A DNA stretch of 51,351 bases from Perkinsus chesapeaki ATCC PRA-425. Taxonomy: Eukaryota; Protista; Perkinsozoa. The DNA lies in the NCBI GenBank assembly GCA_013115145.1, contig JAAPAO010000222.1:1-51351 (forward strand), written 5' to 3'. The notes beneath the pieces were generated by a model that saw nothing but the letters and a program-made list of their open reading frames with translations, did not search any database and had not been told where the DNA came from. Position numbers and translations under genes: made by a program. Positions 49,936-51,351 of the stretch are shown piece by piece; within the stretch, counting starts at the first letter, position 1, and every line of letters starts with the position of its first letter.

Positions 49936-51351
49936 TTATAGTTCGATATCGGTAACACCAAGGCGTCTGCCCATATCTAATAGCTCATCTCGATAATAAC
50001 CCTCAAACTTATCATAGTCCTTCACCACATTGGGATCGAGAGTTAGGTTAAACATTAATTTACCGTTATAAGATAATACGATCACCTGAGGAGATAAAAA
50101 GGATGCATAATCCACAAAAGACTCCACAGCAGGTGACAAGCTCTACCTGATCAATGAGGTTGAGGAATATGGGATAGATGAGATCAACCTCCTTGCCGCC
50201 AAAACAGCACGGCTGCTGGGCGCCGGGGACGTTGGAGAAAACCGCTGAGTTGCGGGCGAAAAGATCTCTACTTGAGTTCTTGGCGAAGAACGCAGGAACG
50301 AGGGGCATTATGTGATTGGTGACGAACATCGACGCCGGTGATATGAGCGAGCGCTTGATCCTGCTCATACTGGAGTCGGTGGCCAACATCCTGGAGATGG
50401 AATCCTTGGCGCTGATGGCCTGAAGAAGAGATATAATGGTGAAGGGGCATGCAGCCTTACCTTGCTGAGGTCCGCGCTGCAGAATGACCAGTTATTGCCC
50501 AGCCTATCACCCTCTGGTGGAGGATTGGCACCAAACTCCAAAGGTGCACCAACTGGTATTAACATTCTCATAATAGTATTATCATCAACAGCATCTCCAC
50601 CATACCTTCTCATAGCACCAACCATTGCACCCAATAATACATCATTAACAGTTGCCTAATAAAATAAATTATAATGATATTAATAATAATTATAAAATAC
50701 CTTCTTTGGTGATTTATTTTTAATTGCTTTAACATACTCCAATGAAAATGGTTTAAAACATATCGACTTCCGAACGCCACTATATTCTAAACCTCCTTTG
50801 CGATGTGATAAAGAGGAATTAAATCCATACTCGGACTCAAAGCACTTGGCGTTCTGCAGGGTGAAAACCAAAGCAGAGCGGACCTGGCAAACACACCCTC
50901 TTCAATGAACTGCTAACATATTTGGTTTTATTACCCATTCCACACAATACAACACCGCATAAATGAGCTTAGCCGCCGGGTTCAACCTAAGAGGCTTCTT
51001 CTCTTTAGGATTTGTGAATGTAATGGAGCTGCCATCTAGGTTAGTAGCAGTCTTCTCTAGTACTTGCACCTATGATGGCACTACTCACATGGCATAACAG
51101 GAAGAAGGTTTACCAGGCTGAAGCCATCACCAATGGTATGGTGTGATCTAAAGAACATACAATCCTGGACATCAGTGGCGCCCTTGGCGGCAGGCATAAG
51201 GTGAATTCGCCATAAAGGCTTGTCGGTAGGCAACGGCTGATTGATGATCTGAAAACGCAGTTACAATAAAGCAATCTATACAAGGCTTAGGTTACCTCCT
51301 CAATCTTATCATCAAGTGCCTTACGATTCTCTATTGGTTTAGTGGTAAATA
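49936..51351 (-). CDS. WS/DGAT family acyltransferase, copy 3 (inverted; 5' part beyond the window)
   Basis: FFRSHHTIGDGFSL, ATVNDVLLG and VFSNVPGAQ. Exon structure matches copies 1 and 2. Confidence 0.9.

Overview
Gene-dense eukaryotic genomic DNA with many short GT-AG introns. It is most consistent with a Perkinsus-type alveolate; this is inferred from gene content and intron style, and the species cannot be determined. About 24 genes sit in five co-oriented blocks. Block 1 (-): RIO2 kinase (similarity stops near the left edge) and a PPR-like mitochondrial protein. Block 2 (+): TPR protein, ATG6/Beclin, an EF-hand + doublecortin protein, a 4-EF-hand protein, a SWI2/SNF2 ATPase, a subtilisin pseudogene and an intact subtilisin. 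Block 3 (-): four tandem small genes combining a 'VPxG' domain with a CYSTM-like Cys-rich tail. Block 4 (+): two WS/DGAT acyltransferases, tRNA-Glu(CTC), plastid-type ferredoxin, a Dymeclin/HID1-family protein, a RING protein and a very large disordered protein. Block 5 (-): CDPK-like kinase, an MGC-acylated protein, a Gly-rich protein and a third, inverted WS/DGAT cut by the right edge. Two candidates for undescribed biology stand out. The first is the four-gene VPxG-CYSTM array, one copy of which has ACG exactly where its paralogs have ATG. The second is the three WS/DGAT paralogs, which are otherwise diverged but share sharply bounded, near-identical AT-rich tracts (one spans an intron) that form inverted repeats around a ~20 kb interval. 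Exon models were spliced by eye and gene ends flagged as uncertain are approximate. No database searches were run.
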